Shown: in pieces, positions 10,761 to 23,599 of the stretch | How the letters are laid out: every line of letters begins with the position of its first letter | How positions within the stretch are numbered: the first letter of the stretch is position 1 | Source of the DNA: Octopus bimaculoides | Taxonomy: Eukaryota | Direction of reading: 5' to 3' | DNA: 64,000 nucleotides | Assembly: GCF_001194135.2 (NCBI RefSeq) | Contig: NC_068987.1 | Location: 14,266,679 to 14,330,678 of the forward strand | The notes under the pieces: model-generated | The model's input: the letters and a program-made list of their open reading frames with translations, nothing else | Database searches by the model: none | What the model was told of the DNA's origin: nothing | Made by a program: the position numbers and the translations under genes

Positions 10761-12419
10761 TATTTAACAGAAGCAACAGAAACCAAGGACAGTTTTTCGT
10801 GCATTTCTGGAACAAATTATAAAAACAATTACGATGTTATGTAGATAATTCATATTTTTCAAATAATTTGCCCGTTATGTCGTTCAGTATATAAATACAT
10901 AAACAAATCAGGGAATTTTTTTTATGGAATATGTATACACGCAATCATGCTCACAAAACGTACATTCCTAAATGAAATGGTTGTGTATCTTTATTGTTGT
11001 AGAAGAGGGAAGGGCAAAACAAAAGTGCAACAATCTTGCACGCACACACTCGTATACAACATAAATATACACATAAATATAAGTGTGTCCGCGCACAGAC
11101 ACATATATATCTTATCTTTTACTTGTTTCCGTCATTAGGCAGTGGCCACCCTGGGACGCTGCCTTATATGTAATATATAACGTCCTGTAACTAATTATAT
11201 ATGTATGTATTAGCTACAAGACGTTTTTTATAATTGATAGAGTGTTAAAATGATAAAACTGTGGACTCATGTCTCTGCCACTACAGGTGAAACTTCAAAG
11301 TTACTGTCAATGACATTAACTATGCGTGTGTATGTGATCGTGTACATAGTTGTATTTGTGCGTGTGTATCTTCTGGAGTTGGCGTAAAATGGGAGGGGGT
11401 ATGATAGAAAGAGACACAAAGAGATAGAAGATACTGACTCATTTTCCGTATGTGCAGGGCTTTAAACCAGCTTTAGGCAGTCGCAGTAATTTGTACTAAA
11501 TTTGTGTCCTAGAAAAAATTTTTATTGACTCTTCAATGTCGTTTAAGTCTTAAGAGAGGCTTTTGTGTTGGAGTTCATCGCTAGCCTTCTGATAAATTTG
11601 AATTTTTCAGGGTATAAATTTTGTACTTCCGCACCAATTGTCTCAAGTTAGCGATGCAAATTTAGTATTACACACACAGACACGCCACAAAAAGAGTAAA
11701 GAAAACTATTTTGTACATCAACATGTTGATATAAAAGGCAAATACCACGATACAAATAACCCATGAAGTTGTTGTCATGGGGCTGCTGGTACCTTTAATG
11801 GGTCCGAGCCATTTGAATTAATGTTGTAATTGAGAAATTTTGATCACTAATTTTCGCTATTTGAACGGCAGTATTATTAATCTAGTGGTTTTAAAACATG
11901 TATGTACTTGTACATATATTTATACATTTTAGGCAGTTCCGCGAGTAAAATATTCACTGTGGTGGTAGGTATTAATAAACTATTGTCAACGAAAGGCCTT
12001 AATACTATGATAAAATACACATCAGTTTTCTGGTGTACATTTTATTATTGCATTAAGTTAGGAAAACTCTAAAGCGATTCTTGTCCAGAATTATGGCTCA
12101 TCTGACGATTTCGCTTGAATTTCTCGAATTCGACTTTATTTTAACCTTTTGAGCTTGTTACATTCTGAAAAAGGAATTTTTGTAAATGAAACTTTGCAGA
12201 AACACAGTTTAGAAAAATTTGCACTGCTGATTTCCTCTACAAAATAACTGCGAAATGAGCCCGGCGATTGGAGTGACCAGTGCAGCGAGTGTCACCGGCC
12301 ACTCTCTTGCAATTACGACAACGCTTTTGCAATTATATTCGCGACAAAACTTTTGCTTCTCGATAATTTGATATTTCATGCATTTATTTTGCAAAAGAAA
12401 AAGTGTATATACATATGCG

Positions 12420-12718
12420 CAGCACTATTCGTGTGGCAAATTTCTACAGCCGGATGCCCTTCCTGCCGCCAACCCCCACTTGTTGCCAAGCGAGGTAGTT
12501 TTTTCCCCCTCTCACTCTCTGGGAGAGAGGCACAAGCACTTACACAGACGTATTCACACACGGCAGTAACTTCCGCCTACCAAATTCAATCACAAGGCTT
12601 CGGTCAGCCCGGGGTTATAGCAGAAGACACTTGCCCAAGGTGTCACGCGGTGGGACTGAACCCGAAACCATACAGCTGGGAAGCAAGCTTCCTAACCACA
12701 CAGCCATGCCCGCGCCTA
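12420..12718 (-). mobile_element. SINE family 1 head joined to an RTE-tail fragment
   Basis: gaagacacttgcccaaggtgtcacgcggtgggactgaacccg...cacagccatgcccgcgcct. Confidence 0.75.
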
Positions 12719-12922
12719 CATTTTCGATGGACAATTAAGCATATTTAAATCTACGCGCCGTGACAGCTTATTGGCTAACTAGATATATGTAATATAAATT
12801 ATGAATGTATATATCTACAATTATGAGCGTAAACGCGTATAAATAAATATACATAATGCATACTTCTGTCTAAATGTATTCGTGTAAACTCACACACATG
12901 TGTGTGTGTATATATATATATA

Positions 12923-12960
<38 letters not shown>

Positions 12961-12962
12961 GA

Positions 12963-13004
<42 letters not shown>

Positions 13005-13011
13005 TGCATAT

Positions 13012-13210
13012 NNNNNNNNNNNNNNNNNNNNNNNNNNNNNNNNNNNNNNNNNNNNNNNNNNNNNNNNNNNNNNNNNNNNNNNNNNNNNNNNNNNNNNNNN
13101 NNNNNNNNNNNNNNNNNNNNNNNNNNNNNNNNNNNNNNNNNNNNNNNNNNNNNNNNNNNNNNNNNNNNNNNNNNNNNNNNNNNNNNNNNNNNNNNNNNNN
13201 NNNNNNNNNN
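13012..13210. other. Assembly gap
   Basis: Run of N flanked by microsatellite. Confidence 1.
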
Positions 13211-13640
13211 TATATGCAATATATATAGATATACATTTATAAATACATTTTGCTTTTAACACATTTTTTGTTTCATTAATCAGCTACGAAAGTCAGGCTA
13301 CTGATATTGTCGATTAGTTAGTGAAATGTTATCACTTAGTTTCTGCTATCTTATCAGCAATGTCTTTATGAACATTCTATGTAATTGTATTTTTGTTAAA
13401 TGTCCACACATTTCCTCATTTATTACATCTAACTACACACCAAATAGCGCAGAAAAATACAACACAGTAAGTTGTATACATATACCTCTACTCTTGATTA
13501 TCTTTAGATTGAATGTTTTACACACTTCGTACGATAGGAAAACTTTGAAGTAGTTTATAAAGCCATGAAGTAACTTACTTTTGTCGTTAATATCTGGTTC
13601 GTTAATTTTGTTTTTGGCATACTAAACAAGTGTGTCCTCC

Positions 13641-13760
13641 ACTCCGCCCTTCTTGAATAGTACCTTAGACAAAAAACTGGATATATTTTTAAATGAAATT
13701 TTCTACAAAGACCTTTCAGATGGTGTAGATTCTGATTATAAAAACAAAAGTCGGAAGTGG
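13641..13760 (+). promoter_or_regulatory. Candidate promoter, possibly for ZNF-B
   Basis: GC box (ctccgccc, 13642) and ETS-like tcggaagtg (13751) in CpG-retaining sequence. Motif match only. Confidence 0.25.
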
Positions 13761-16249
13761 CAGGCACCCTTGTGTAGATATGTCGTAGTTTCAAACATTA
13801 AAAGAAAAAAAATAACATATAAAAGCAATGCTCTTTAATAAGTTCCTTTAACGAACTCGTTACTTTTATATTTTTCAATTAATTTACTACTGTTTTCATT
13901 ACATTTCTGTTCCTGAAACACTTCACAATTTTCAATCTTTCAGCTAGGGTAAGAGATATGATTTTCAGAGGTGTACTTGCCAGGCAAGTATGTGTTGAAC
14001 CTGAAACGATTGCATATAAAACGTTATTAGCAATCAGGTCGCAGTTTCGAGCGACGAATATTTTGACACCGTAATACAAACAATAAATGTTTAACCCATT
14101 ACCTACCAGTGATCTCATATGAGATCACTTAAAAATTACAAATTTCGTAATTATCTGTCAATATTTACACATATCTAACCTTTTTGCTATATCTATTAGG
14201 TATATTTCTCTGATATTCAAATGAGGTTTGCTAATTTTTCACCCAATATCTCGCTTATTTCTATTTAAAATGTTATTTTGATCATTCCAGCATGTTTCTA
14301 AGGCTGTTTTATGCTAGAAATCTTCAAAGTTACATAAAAAAATTCCAGTTAATAGAATTATTGGCGGTAATGGGTTAAATGAAGTTAACACTGTTTCTAT
14401 CCCACCCCGCTATCGTAAAGATATAACTATAAACTTACGATTGTTCTTTTCTGTTTGTTATTCCAGTAATATTTTGTTTTAAGTTTTAAAATATTAGCTT
14501 ATGTAAGTAATAGTTGCCTCGTCCTCGTAGTTAATTAACAACCTTGTTAATTACACAAACCGTTTAATTAAAAAAACTTGCTACATATCCAAAAGTGCCC
14601 CACTGTCACGTGTGCGTACAATTTAACGAATGTGTGAAATTTAAATAATTTTAAAGCAATTTATTAATATAAAAATACTATTTATGATTCTTATTAGGTA
14701 TACTACATAATCTCAGCACCTGAGCACTATACAACAATTTCTTTCACATTTTGTTTCTGGTGAAGTCCGAAATAAGCTCCCTTCATAACCTTTTTCTCGA
14801 AAATTCTTTCATATGTTTCCAGAACAAGTACCCTCCCATTTTGTATTTTCGATTTCGAAAATTTCTTCGGTTTTTTTTTCTAATTTAAGCATGAAAGCTT
14901 AAGGCTTCAACAAAATATAAAATAAAACTTGTTAAATTTCACTTTGTTCATCTTTTGTTCTCCCCTCCCATGCTGTATCAAGATACACAAACCAGCCGTT
15001 TACTTAATTTTTCTATTTTGTTTTCCTCGAGAATTTTCTGAATTGTTTATAAATTAAAAAAAAATCTGCAGGTTCAAATTATTAATCACACTCCTTCAAT
15101 AAAATCTCATTAAATTTCTTCACCCTTTTTGTTGTTATAAAAAGCAGTGTGTATGTATACACGTGTCCTTAATAGAAATGGTTGTGACAGGGTCATTTCA
15201 AATGTTGGCAAATATTCAAATGAGCTTTTTTAAATGTATATTTAATCTGTTAGGGAGAATCACAGGTGTTTACAAGCCTGAAGAAACATTCAAACAGTTT
15301 TAGAAAGTTTTTATTGTTAACAAACGACTACAAAATACTGTTTATATATAGTTAGGGTAGTTTAAAATTTTGAATTAGATCGGTAATGCACTAGCCGTCA
15401 TTACTTTATTTTATAATGATGGAAGATTTAGCAGTTTCACGAAGAGGCAGAGATTAAAAATTGAATTTGTGATTTTTTTTGTTTGTTTCCAGAATCGTAT
15501 TTTTCGTTATTTATTTTTTTTTTTTGAAGTCACGGAATTCTGGTGCATGTTCACCATTTAACCGGCCGTGTTTGGGAGTTTCTTGGTATTTCTGTTTCAA
15601 TATGGAAGATTGATTCTGTAGTAATAAAATCATAATTTCGTTTTTTTTTTTAATTTGCCCCTCCCCTTACCTTTCATTTAAAAACTTTTCGACTATTTTT
15701 ACTGGAAGTTCACACTTTACGATTCTACCAAATGTATGTTTTCAAAATTTCAAAATAATTCTCGAAGTCGAATATAAAAAAAAAAAGGAGTTATGCATAA
15801 TTTCGCGCTTTCATGCGACAAATTCTAGATTTTCATAATATGTGTATGTGTGTGTCAGGACAATGATATTGCAAATTTTATTTTACATATAAATTATGAA
15901 AGTTTTTTTTTTTCGTTTTGTTTGTAAAGGTGAAAAGTGGAGCAGCCTGCATTATTTAGCAGAAGCAAATATTATACTATATAGAAAAGCTACACAGAAA
16001 CATGTTACAAGTTTATTTTACATATTAAAAAAATTATTGGAGGTGAATTTATGCAATGTTGTAAGAACGTGTTGAAAACCGTCCGTCTAGATACAAAACT
16101 TAATCAGTGTCGGACCATTTCAGCTCGCTGTTTGATTCATATTAATATTTAAGCTGGCTCCTAATTCGCACCTTGGAAGATTCCACGTTATTTGTACAAA
16201 TTCCACAAAATAACAAAAATGGCTAATCGTTCTTTCCATGCAACAACTT

Positions 16250-16760
16250 AATATTTACTTTCTAAGAGGAAGTTACTGGGTCAGAAGAGGCAGGCACGAT
16301 ACAGGTGGTGAAAGTAGGAGAGATAGGTGAATTAAGAGTGGAGTTGGCATGAAACCAGCCACCTCCAAGCAGCAGAGAAATTGTAGTAGCTGTAGAAAAA
16401 GAAAAAACAAATAAAAAAAAATAGCATATCTTTGGTCTAGAGGTTGGTGAATGACTTCATGCCAATCAGTTCCTTTGTTGGGGAGATAGGTATGATCTGC
16501 AATGTATGTGTAGTGGCAACACAGTTTCCGATGTAGGGACAGTACTCAATTGGGTTTCACTTGAGATTTGTAAAAGGTTAGTAATGTTTAGAGGCAAAGG
16601 TATTTTTAGGCTCTGCAAAAGAAGGCCAGTCTTTGCTACGTTGAGAGTGTGTTCATTTGGAAAGATTTTCATTGATAGCAGTGAAAGCATTTGTAGAAAT
16701 ATTGGGGCTCCTACCTTAATGCTTTTCATGTTTAGCAGTGAGTGGAATATAGTATTGTTT
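16250..16760 (-). mobile_element. Probable 3' region of an old LINE
   Basis: Purine-rich composition like the other minus-strand LINE remnants, with only weak similarity to LINE C-termini. Confidence 0.35.
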
Positions 16761-16949
16761 TATTGTGTTGTAATTTAAAAAAAAATTTGTGTAGAAGACT
16801 GAGTACATGTCCATCAATGAGAATGAAAACCACTTGCCAATTTATTCTGGTGATGGCTCCATAACTTAAGGAGGCCAGTAACTTCAAGTACCTTAGGCCT
16901 TATGTTGTTCACAGTAAGAAAGACTTCCTGACACACTAAAGACAATCCT

Positions 16950-17400
16950 ATGTTACATGTAACAAGCTTCAAAACATCTGGCAATGGAGCATTTCAAAGT
17001 CAACAATGTTGGCCTTCTGTCTGGGCATTTGTAGAGAGTATTCTTTTCTGTGGAGCTGAAACTGGGATTGTGAAAGAGCAGCTTCAAGACTGCCTTGATG
17101 GTACATATGCCAAGCTTCTTATGAGTGCTCAAAGCATCTCATTGCATGACCATCAGACCAATGAGAAGGTTTATGGATACATTCTACTCATCTCTAGTAT
17201 TGTTCAATGTAGAGTAGGCTTTGTTTGCCATTGCTATTGTGCTGACCACCTGACCATATCAGATGTTGATATTTGGATAGTTCTGCATGATAATAAAGGA
17301 TGAAAGCCATTCAACTGTATTGATGGTATTGGCAGAGACATGCAGTATGAAACTGAAAACCTACAAAAGCTAATGTGGGACAGAATTGTGATGTGACAGT
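16950..17400 (+). mobile_element. Decayed RTE-clade LINE, RT C-terminal region
   Basis: ORF 16950-17303 contains FCGAETGIVKEQLQDCLDGTYAKLLMSAQSISLHDHQTNEKVYG (cf. YGAETW..LDGTYTRMLR..ISWRDH.TNEELYG). Confidence 0.75.
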
Positions 17401-17699
17401 CATTTGAAGAAGTGTTTTTTGTATTGTAGAAAAGATGTGACTCTATTGGATAATGTTTTTGAAATCTCTGCTTATGGAGTCAGTGCAGTTATAATGTGAC
17501 TTACCTAGATGATAATGATAACTCTTTTATGCTTTAAGGAGAATGGTATGGAATAAATGGTGTTACTGGTGATGGTATATAGGTTGTTAATGTATATGGG
17601 AGAAGGGAAGAAAACCAAACTATAGAGTACATATAATTTGGTAGTGTTGGTCAGAGAGAACTCCATTCCTGCATGCTGTTGTGGCACTGATCCAGATAA

Positions 17700-18745
17700 G
17701 ATGAGATACTGATAAATCTCTCAATTTTGCATGCTATACATGAATGTTTGCATCAGATTTTTTGAGGGCAAGGACTCATTGACAAGTAATGTAGAAGAGT
17801 AGATGTCCAGTGAATTTGGTTTTGCAGAAACCATACTGGTGGTAATTTAGGAGGATGAGATAATTAACATTTTGGAGAATGTGGCTCCTTCTTCTTTGAG
17901 ATATTGCAAGTAGCTATTACAACAATATTTGCTAGGGTCAGAAAAGGTACTCTTCTTAAAGAGGAACATACTGTAATATGGGTTCCAAAGATCTAGATAG
18001 GTCCCTAAAGAGAGATTGAAGAGTTTGGTGAGGATAAGAGTTCACTTTAGGGCACATAGTTTGGAGGAGGTGTCAAGGCAGAGGCATGTTAGTTTGATAC
18101 GAGGTACTATGACCCTTGGTATGTATGTCATGTGGTGAGCCTCATAGGATAGAAAGGGATAGTTTAGAGATTTATTCCAGTGTGTACAGCATGGTGTTGG
18201 ATGCTATGTGGACAGCAAATATGTAGGCGCTCTCTACGAGAATTACTTATAGAAACTTCATAGGTGAGATGTAGAGAGATATAAAGAGAATTCTGCCAAG
18301 TTAATAGAAATACTTTTTGGTCAAGAATTAAAAGTTTTGGTTGGAGAGAGCCTATTGGGTGTGTGATGCATGGAAGCAAGAGAGTTCTGCTGTGTTGTTT
18401 GTATATGGATGATGCTTGTGTGTGAAATTGCAAAGAGTAGAAAACTAATGACGTATGCATAGGAAAGTGTGTGTGATTAGAGTAAAAAATAGCAAAAAGT
18501 ATCATTAATGTACAGGAGGAAGAGTCTTTGTGTATGTCAGATTTGATGAAATGTAAGTTTGAGTGAGAGACCAAACAGTACTTTGTGATAGAGCAGGACA
18601 TTTCCATTCTAAGAGATATGAGACTGATGGAATCAATAAGCATGCAACTTTAGATATTCTGATGTCAGAGTTGACCAATTGTTGATGTGAAAGGCAAATA
18701 TATTGCTGAAAATAAGGGCAACCATTTGTGTATTAGAGAGTGTTA
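17700..18745 (-). mobile_element. Second copy of the CR1/Jockey-like LINE RT remnant
   Basis: Minus strand LFLLYINDT at about 18500-18525. 18660-18745 aligns with 361-460. Confidence 0.8.
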
Positions 18746-18766
18746 GGTTTGGCTCTACAGAAACTT

Positions 18767-18992
18767 AAGGCGGCGAGCTGGCAGAAACGTTAGCATGCCG
18801 GGCGAATTGCTTAGTGGTATTTCGTCTGTCTTTACGTTCTGAGTTCAGATTCCGCCGAGATCGACTTAGCCTTTCAGCCTTTCGGGGTCGATTAAATCAG
18901 TACCAGTTATGCACTGGGGGCGATGTAATCGACTTAATCCCTTTATTTGTCCCCTCTATGTTTAGCCCCGTGTGGGTATTAAAAAAATAAGA
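18767..18992 (+). mobile_element. tRNA-derived SINE, family 2 (MetaSINE-like core)
   Basis: aaggcggcgagctggcagaaacgttagc head, gagttcagattcc B box and core gcctttcagcctttcggggtcgattaaatcagtaccag. Matches 60996 and 62080. Confidence 0.85.
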
Positions 18993-19023
18993 AACTGTAC
19001 ATGTGGTCACTGAACTTAAGAGC

Positions 19024-19233
19024 TTAACCTTTTAGCATTTAAACCAGCCATATCTAACTCACATATTATACCAGTTTTATGTTCAAACTGGCCAGATCTG
19101 GCCTCTCACACCTACCCCACAATGTCATGGTAAAAATAACCCCATCATTGAAATCTTGAAGCTATGAGATAATGCATGATTAATTCAAATAAGCATTACA
19201 TTTGACATTGTAATTTGAATGCTAGAGGATTAA
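19024..19233. mobile_element. TTAA-flanked piggyBac-like MITE, family A
   Basis: ttaaccttttagcatt...aatgctagaggattaa. Same body as 50195-50411 and the 50.6-51.2 kb array. Confidence 0.7.
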
Positions 19234-19239
19234 GGTAAT

Positions 19240-19530
19240 GAAATTAAGTGGATTTACATCAATCAGTAGAGAGAAAGGATGAGCTTAGTTAGGGCTTGAG
19301 ATGAGCATTGTTTTAAGCTAATAGAGCAGATTGTATCATGACAAGTCAGGGTTTGTGTAATCTAACAAGTTCTTTGTATTTGGTGTATCTGGTAGTGAGA
19401 CAAATAGGCAAGAATGAGAATTAAAGGTTTTTGTTTATGCAGCAGCTACATATAAATGTGAGTGAATCAGTTGTGGGTTTGTAAAGTTAAGGCCTTTGGT
19501 TGTCTATGCATCGTGCATTGACAAATTATT
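19240..19530 (-). mobile_element. Continuation of the LINE beyond the SINE and MITE insertions
   Basis: taagctaatagagcagattgtatcatgac resembles taagctaatggaatagattctatcatgac at about 810-837. Confidence 0.5.
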
Positions 19531-19775
19531 TTGTCGATTGTTAGTTTTTCTCTTGTCTCTTACTTGTTTCAGTTGTTGGACAGCAGCCACACTGGGGCAC
19601 TGCTTTAACAGGTTTTTGTCAAACAAATTGACATCAGTAATTATGTTTTGTTTTTAAAGTCTGATACTTATTCTGTCAGTCTCTTTTGACAAATTGCTAA
19701 ATTACGGGAATGTAAACAAACCAACACTGATTGTGAAATGGAGGTGGGGGTAACAAAGATATACACATAAGCACA

Positions 19776-19809
<34 letters not shown>

Positions 19810-20255
19810 NNNNNNNNNNNNNNNNNNNNNNNNNNNNNNNNNNNNNNNNNNNNNNNNNNNNNNNNNNNNNNNNNNNNNNNNNNNNNNNNNNNNNNNNNNN
19901 NNNNNNNNNNNNNNNNNNNNNNNNNNNNNNNNNNNNNNNNNNNNNNNNNNNNNNNNNNNNNNNNNNNNNNNNNNNNNNNNNNNNNNNNNNNNNNNNNNNN
20001 NNNNNNNNNNNNNNNNNNNNNNNNNNNNNNNNNNNNNNNNNNNNNNNNNNNNNNNNNNNNNNNNNNNNNNNNNNNNNNNNNNNNNNNNNNNNNNNNNNNN
20101 NNNNNNNNNNNNNNNNNNNNNNNNNNNNNNNNNNNNNNNNNNNNNNNNNNNNNNNNNNNNNNNNNNNNNNNNNNNNNNNNNNNNNNNNNNNNNNNNNNNN
20201 NNNNNNNNNNNNNNNNNNNNNNNNNNNNNNNNNNNNNNNNNNNNNNNNNNNNNNN
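19810..20255. other. Assembly gap
   Basis: Run of N. Confidence 1.
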
Positions 20256-20699
20256 CTTGGTGTGTTTACATTCCCATAACTTAATGGTTTAGCAAAGAAA
20301 CTGATAGAATATATGCTAGGCTTAAAAAATAACTCCTGTGGTTGCTTTGTCTGACTAAAACTCTTTGAGGTGGTGCTCCAGCATAGCTGCAGTCAAATGA
20401 CTAAAACAAATAAATACACACATACACGCATATATATATATATATATACACTCATACACACAATGGGCTTCCACTCAGTTTCTTGCTATCAGATTCCCTC
20501 AAAGGCATTGGTTGGTCCAGGGCTACTGTAGGGGGCACTTGCCCAAGTCTTTACAATCTTATTGATATGTAAGGTAGATTGATAAAGAATTGGATTAAGC
20601 CAAAAGACAGGAAGCCTTGAATCGTTATTTACTACAAGAATGTGTGATTTTACTGGGTGTCTGAAGCCAATGATGAAGTAAAAGTTAGGCTTGAGCTTT

Positions 20700-20900
20700 C
20701 TATCGTCATCATCATTTAGTGTCCATTTTCTATGCTGGCATGGGTTGGACCGTTTGACTGGAACTGGTAAGCTGGAGAGCTATACCAGACTTCAGCCTGG
20801 TTTGGTTTGGTGTCTATGGTTGGATTATTTCTTCATGCCAGCTACTCCAAGAGTGTAGTGAGTGCCTTTTATGTACTGTTGGCATGGATGCCTTTTGTGT
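20700..20900 (-). mobile_element. RTE-type LINE 3' tail
   Basis: catcatcatttagtgtccattttctatgctggcatgggttggac is the reverse complement of the tail. Confidence 0.7.
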
Positions 20901-20940
20901 ATATATTCACATTCCATTGCTCTTTATAATTTTATACTTT

Positions 20941-20954
20941 TCTATTATTTCAGG
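20941..20954 (+). other. Likely splice acceptor before the coding exon of ZNF-B
   Basis: tctattatttcag|G, equivalent to the ZNF-A acceptor. Confidence 0.55.
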
Positions 20955-21116
20955 GAATCTCTCTTGAATGGTCATGGAATGAAAAAAAGGTTAGATGTGG
21001 CTGGAGGATGATTTCATCAAAGAAGACATGTGACATCAATGGTATAATCTTGAAGTAATTTCTAAAATTATCAAGAAAAGATTTACGTTTATAGTTTATG
21101 ACTGGCAGACAACATT

Positions 21117-22922
21117 ATGGAGGAAACCGTATGTAAGAGTGAGGTTCCCATTGAAACAGACACTCATAAGAAAGATTTATCTCCTAAGATGCAGACAGAA
21201 ACACTGAAGAAATCACACACTTGTGATGTGTGTTTCAAACTCTTCAACGACATGGAAAGTTTGATAAATCACAAATATATCCACATAGATAAAAAGCCGT
21301 ACAAGTGTGACACCTGTGATAAAACATTCTCACGGAAAACTAAGTTAACTCTCCACGAGCTTACACATGTGAGTGAAAGCCCAAGCTATTGTGATGTCTG
21401 TGGCAAAACATTCATGTCACTAGACAGTTTATGTAATCATAAATGTATTCCGTCAGAGAATAAGGTGTACCATTGTGATATCTGTGGTAGAAAATTTTCT
21501 AAAAGTAAAGTTTTAGCTAGCCATAAGTGCACTCACACTGATGAGAAACCATATGAATGTGATATCTGTGGTAAGGTGTTCTCTAAAATTGTGAGTTTAA
21601 ATTATCACAAGCATATTCACTCAGGAGAGAAACCATACAAATGTGATAGCTGTAGCAGTGCATTTTCTCGGAAAGAATACTTGAAACGTCACAGACGTAT
21701 TCATACTGGGGAAAAGCCATATGAATGTGAGATCTGTGGTAAATCATTCTCTGGTAGTGCAAATCTAACTTGTCATAAACGTAAACATACAGGTGAAAAA
21801 CCATACGAGTGTAATATCTGTGGTAAAACATTCTCAACAACTGGAAATTTATCATGCCATAAACGTATTCATTCGGATAAGAAGCCATACAAGTGTGATA
21901 TCTGTGGTAAAGCATTCTCTCAACGTGGCCATTTAACTAATCATCAAACTGTTCACACAGGTGAGAAACCATTCAGCTGTGATGTCTGCAGTAAAACATT
22001 TTCAATTACTGGAGATTTAACTCGTCACAAACGCATTCACACTGTTGAGAGACCTTTCCCGTGTGACGTCTGTGATAAAAAGTTCACAACCAGTGAAAAT
22101 TTAGCTTCTCATAAACTTATTCACTCAGAGAAATCTCATGAGTGTGATATCTGTGGTAAGATATTCTCAAGGAAAAGATATTTAATTAGACACAAACGTA
22201 TCCACAATAAGAAGAAACCTTACAACTGTGATATCTGTGGTAAATCATTCCCTATCCATGCAGATTTTGCTATTCACAAGCATGTTCACACTGGTCAGAA
22301 ATTGCACAAGTGTGATATCTGTAATAAAGTATTTGCACAGAAGAGGTATTTACTTAGGCACAAACGTACTCATAAAGGTGAGGAATCTTACCAAAGTAAT
22401 GATATCTCTGGTGAGAAATTAACTGAAAGTGAAAAGTCAACATCTCATAATAAAGATATTCACACAGACAACTCAAACCAGTGTGATGTCTGTGGTAAAG
22501 TATTTGCACTGAAAAGATATTTAATTAGGCACAAACATATTCACACAAATGATTACCATTGTGACATATGTGGTAAAACATTCTCTCGAAATTACTATTT
22601 GGTGCTTCATAAACGTACTCACAATGGAGAAAAACCATATTCTTGTGATATTTGTGGTAAGACATTCTCTACAAGTAACATTTTAACAGAGCATAAATGT
22701 ATTCGCACAAATGAACAACCATACCAAAATGATGTCTATTGTAACCAATTCTCACATAACAATACTATAGATATTCACCATCAGAAAAGTAAAGAGTTCT
22801 TTAGTGCACCACAAAGCCTGGAAGCTCCCTTGCCTCCCAAACTGCAGCAGAGTCATTTGGTTCCTTGCCAAGAGAATTCATGGAATCCTCCACCTCACCA
22901 ATATACAACACACCCACTGTAA
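21117..22922 (+). CDS. C2H2 zinc-finger protein B (601 aa; 15 intact fingers, several degenerate, non-finger tail)
   Basis: Open ORF of tandem C2H2 units. Its first ten fingers are in exact register with ZNF-A. Confidence 0.95.
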   Translation: MEETVCKSEVPIETDTHKKDLSPKMQTETLKKSHTCDVCFKLFNDMESLINHKYIHIDKKPYKCDTCDKTFSRKTKLTLHELTHVSESPSYCDVCGKTFMSLDSLCNHKCIPSENKVYHCDICGRKFSKSKVLASHKCTHTDEKPYECDICGKVFSKIVSLNYHKHIHSGEKPYKCDSCSSAFSRKEYLKRHRRIHTGEKPYECEICGKSFSGSANLTCHKRKHTGEKPYECNICGKTFSTTGNLSCHKRIHSDKKPYKCDICGKAFSQRGHLTNHQTVHTGEKPFSCDVCSKTFSITGDLTRHKRIHTVERPFPCDVCDKKFTTSENLASHKLIHSEKSHECDICGKIFSRKRYLIRHKRIHNKKKPYNCDICGKSFPIHADFAIHKHVHTGQKLHKCDICNKVFAQKRYLLRHKRTHKGEESYQSNDISGEKLTESEKSTSHNKDIHTDNSNQCDVCGKVFALKRYLIRHKHIHTNDYHCDICGKTFSRNYYLVLHKRTHNGEKPYSCDICGKTFSTSNILTEHKCIRTNEQPYQNDVYCNQFSHNNTIDIHHQKSKEFFSAPQSLEAPLPPKLQQSHLVPCQENSWNPPPHQYTTHPL

Positions 22923-23440
22923 AGACTTCTACATTTCTCGTGTGTATCATTTCCAGTTCTACACTGACCTCAACAAATCTTCTTCATGATGCCTCCTGTT
23001 TCACCACCACAAATACATTCGTTTTAAAAAGAAACACTTGTGCAGATGAATCCAACCATCATTCTTAAAATTTCTCCATACAGCAACATCCATGTTCAAA
23101 CTAAACACCTCACATCAGGATTCATGAAAGCACCATTAACAGGAAATATGGTAACACGGTGTCTTTCATCAGCACAAAGAAATAAATCAGTAAAAGTCTT
23201 GAACCTCATCTTCACTAATCTTGACCAACAGACGACTGGAAACCTTAAAGTCCCCCAAAATACAAGGCATCTCAGTCTTGAGTGATTTTTCATAGCAATC
23301 TCTTGCACTAAAATACTTCACCTAATTTACTGCCTGGATCTGTAGCCTGCTGTAGGCATAAAGATACTTGGAGTGAGACCCAACTAATTTCTAAAAGTCA
23401 CTGGTTCACAGCCTCTTCATTTAGATTTAATGACTATCAC
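22790..23440 (+). mobile_element. LINE-like insertion (possible endonuclease remnant) overlapping the end of ZNF-B
   Basis: Abrupt loss of finger periodicity, similarity to 6230-6525, and KVLNLIFTN resembling the endonuclease LDLFLT motif. Weak. Confidence 0.4.
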
Positions 23441-23599
23441 TATCCAGAATTAATCACCAAGTGGTGTAGATATGACAAAAAATGCAAACTTTCATTTGCA
23501 TAGTCATGAGGACAAAATACAAACTAAAAATGCTTGACCTGAAGTCAAGGTGACCAAATGTATTTTTGAGGGAATGAACTTTGCTCTGTAGTGGGTGCA

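Noticed and set aside
12799-13262. Long ORFs here and at 19775-20292, 28553-28776 and 35533-36379
   Set aside because: They are open only because they run through N gaps and microsatellites.
13879-14118. 79-aa minus ORF with SLTLAERLKIVKCF, faintly like a transposase HTH start
   Set aside because: Too short, with no further transposase motifs or TIRs.
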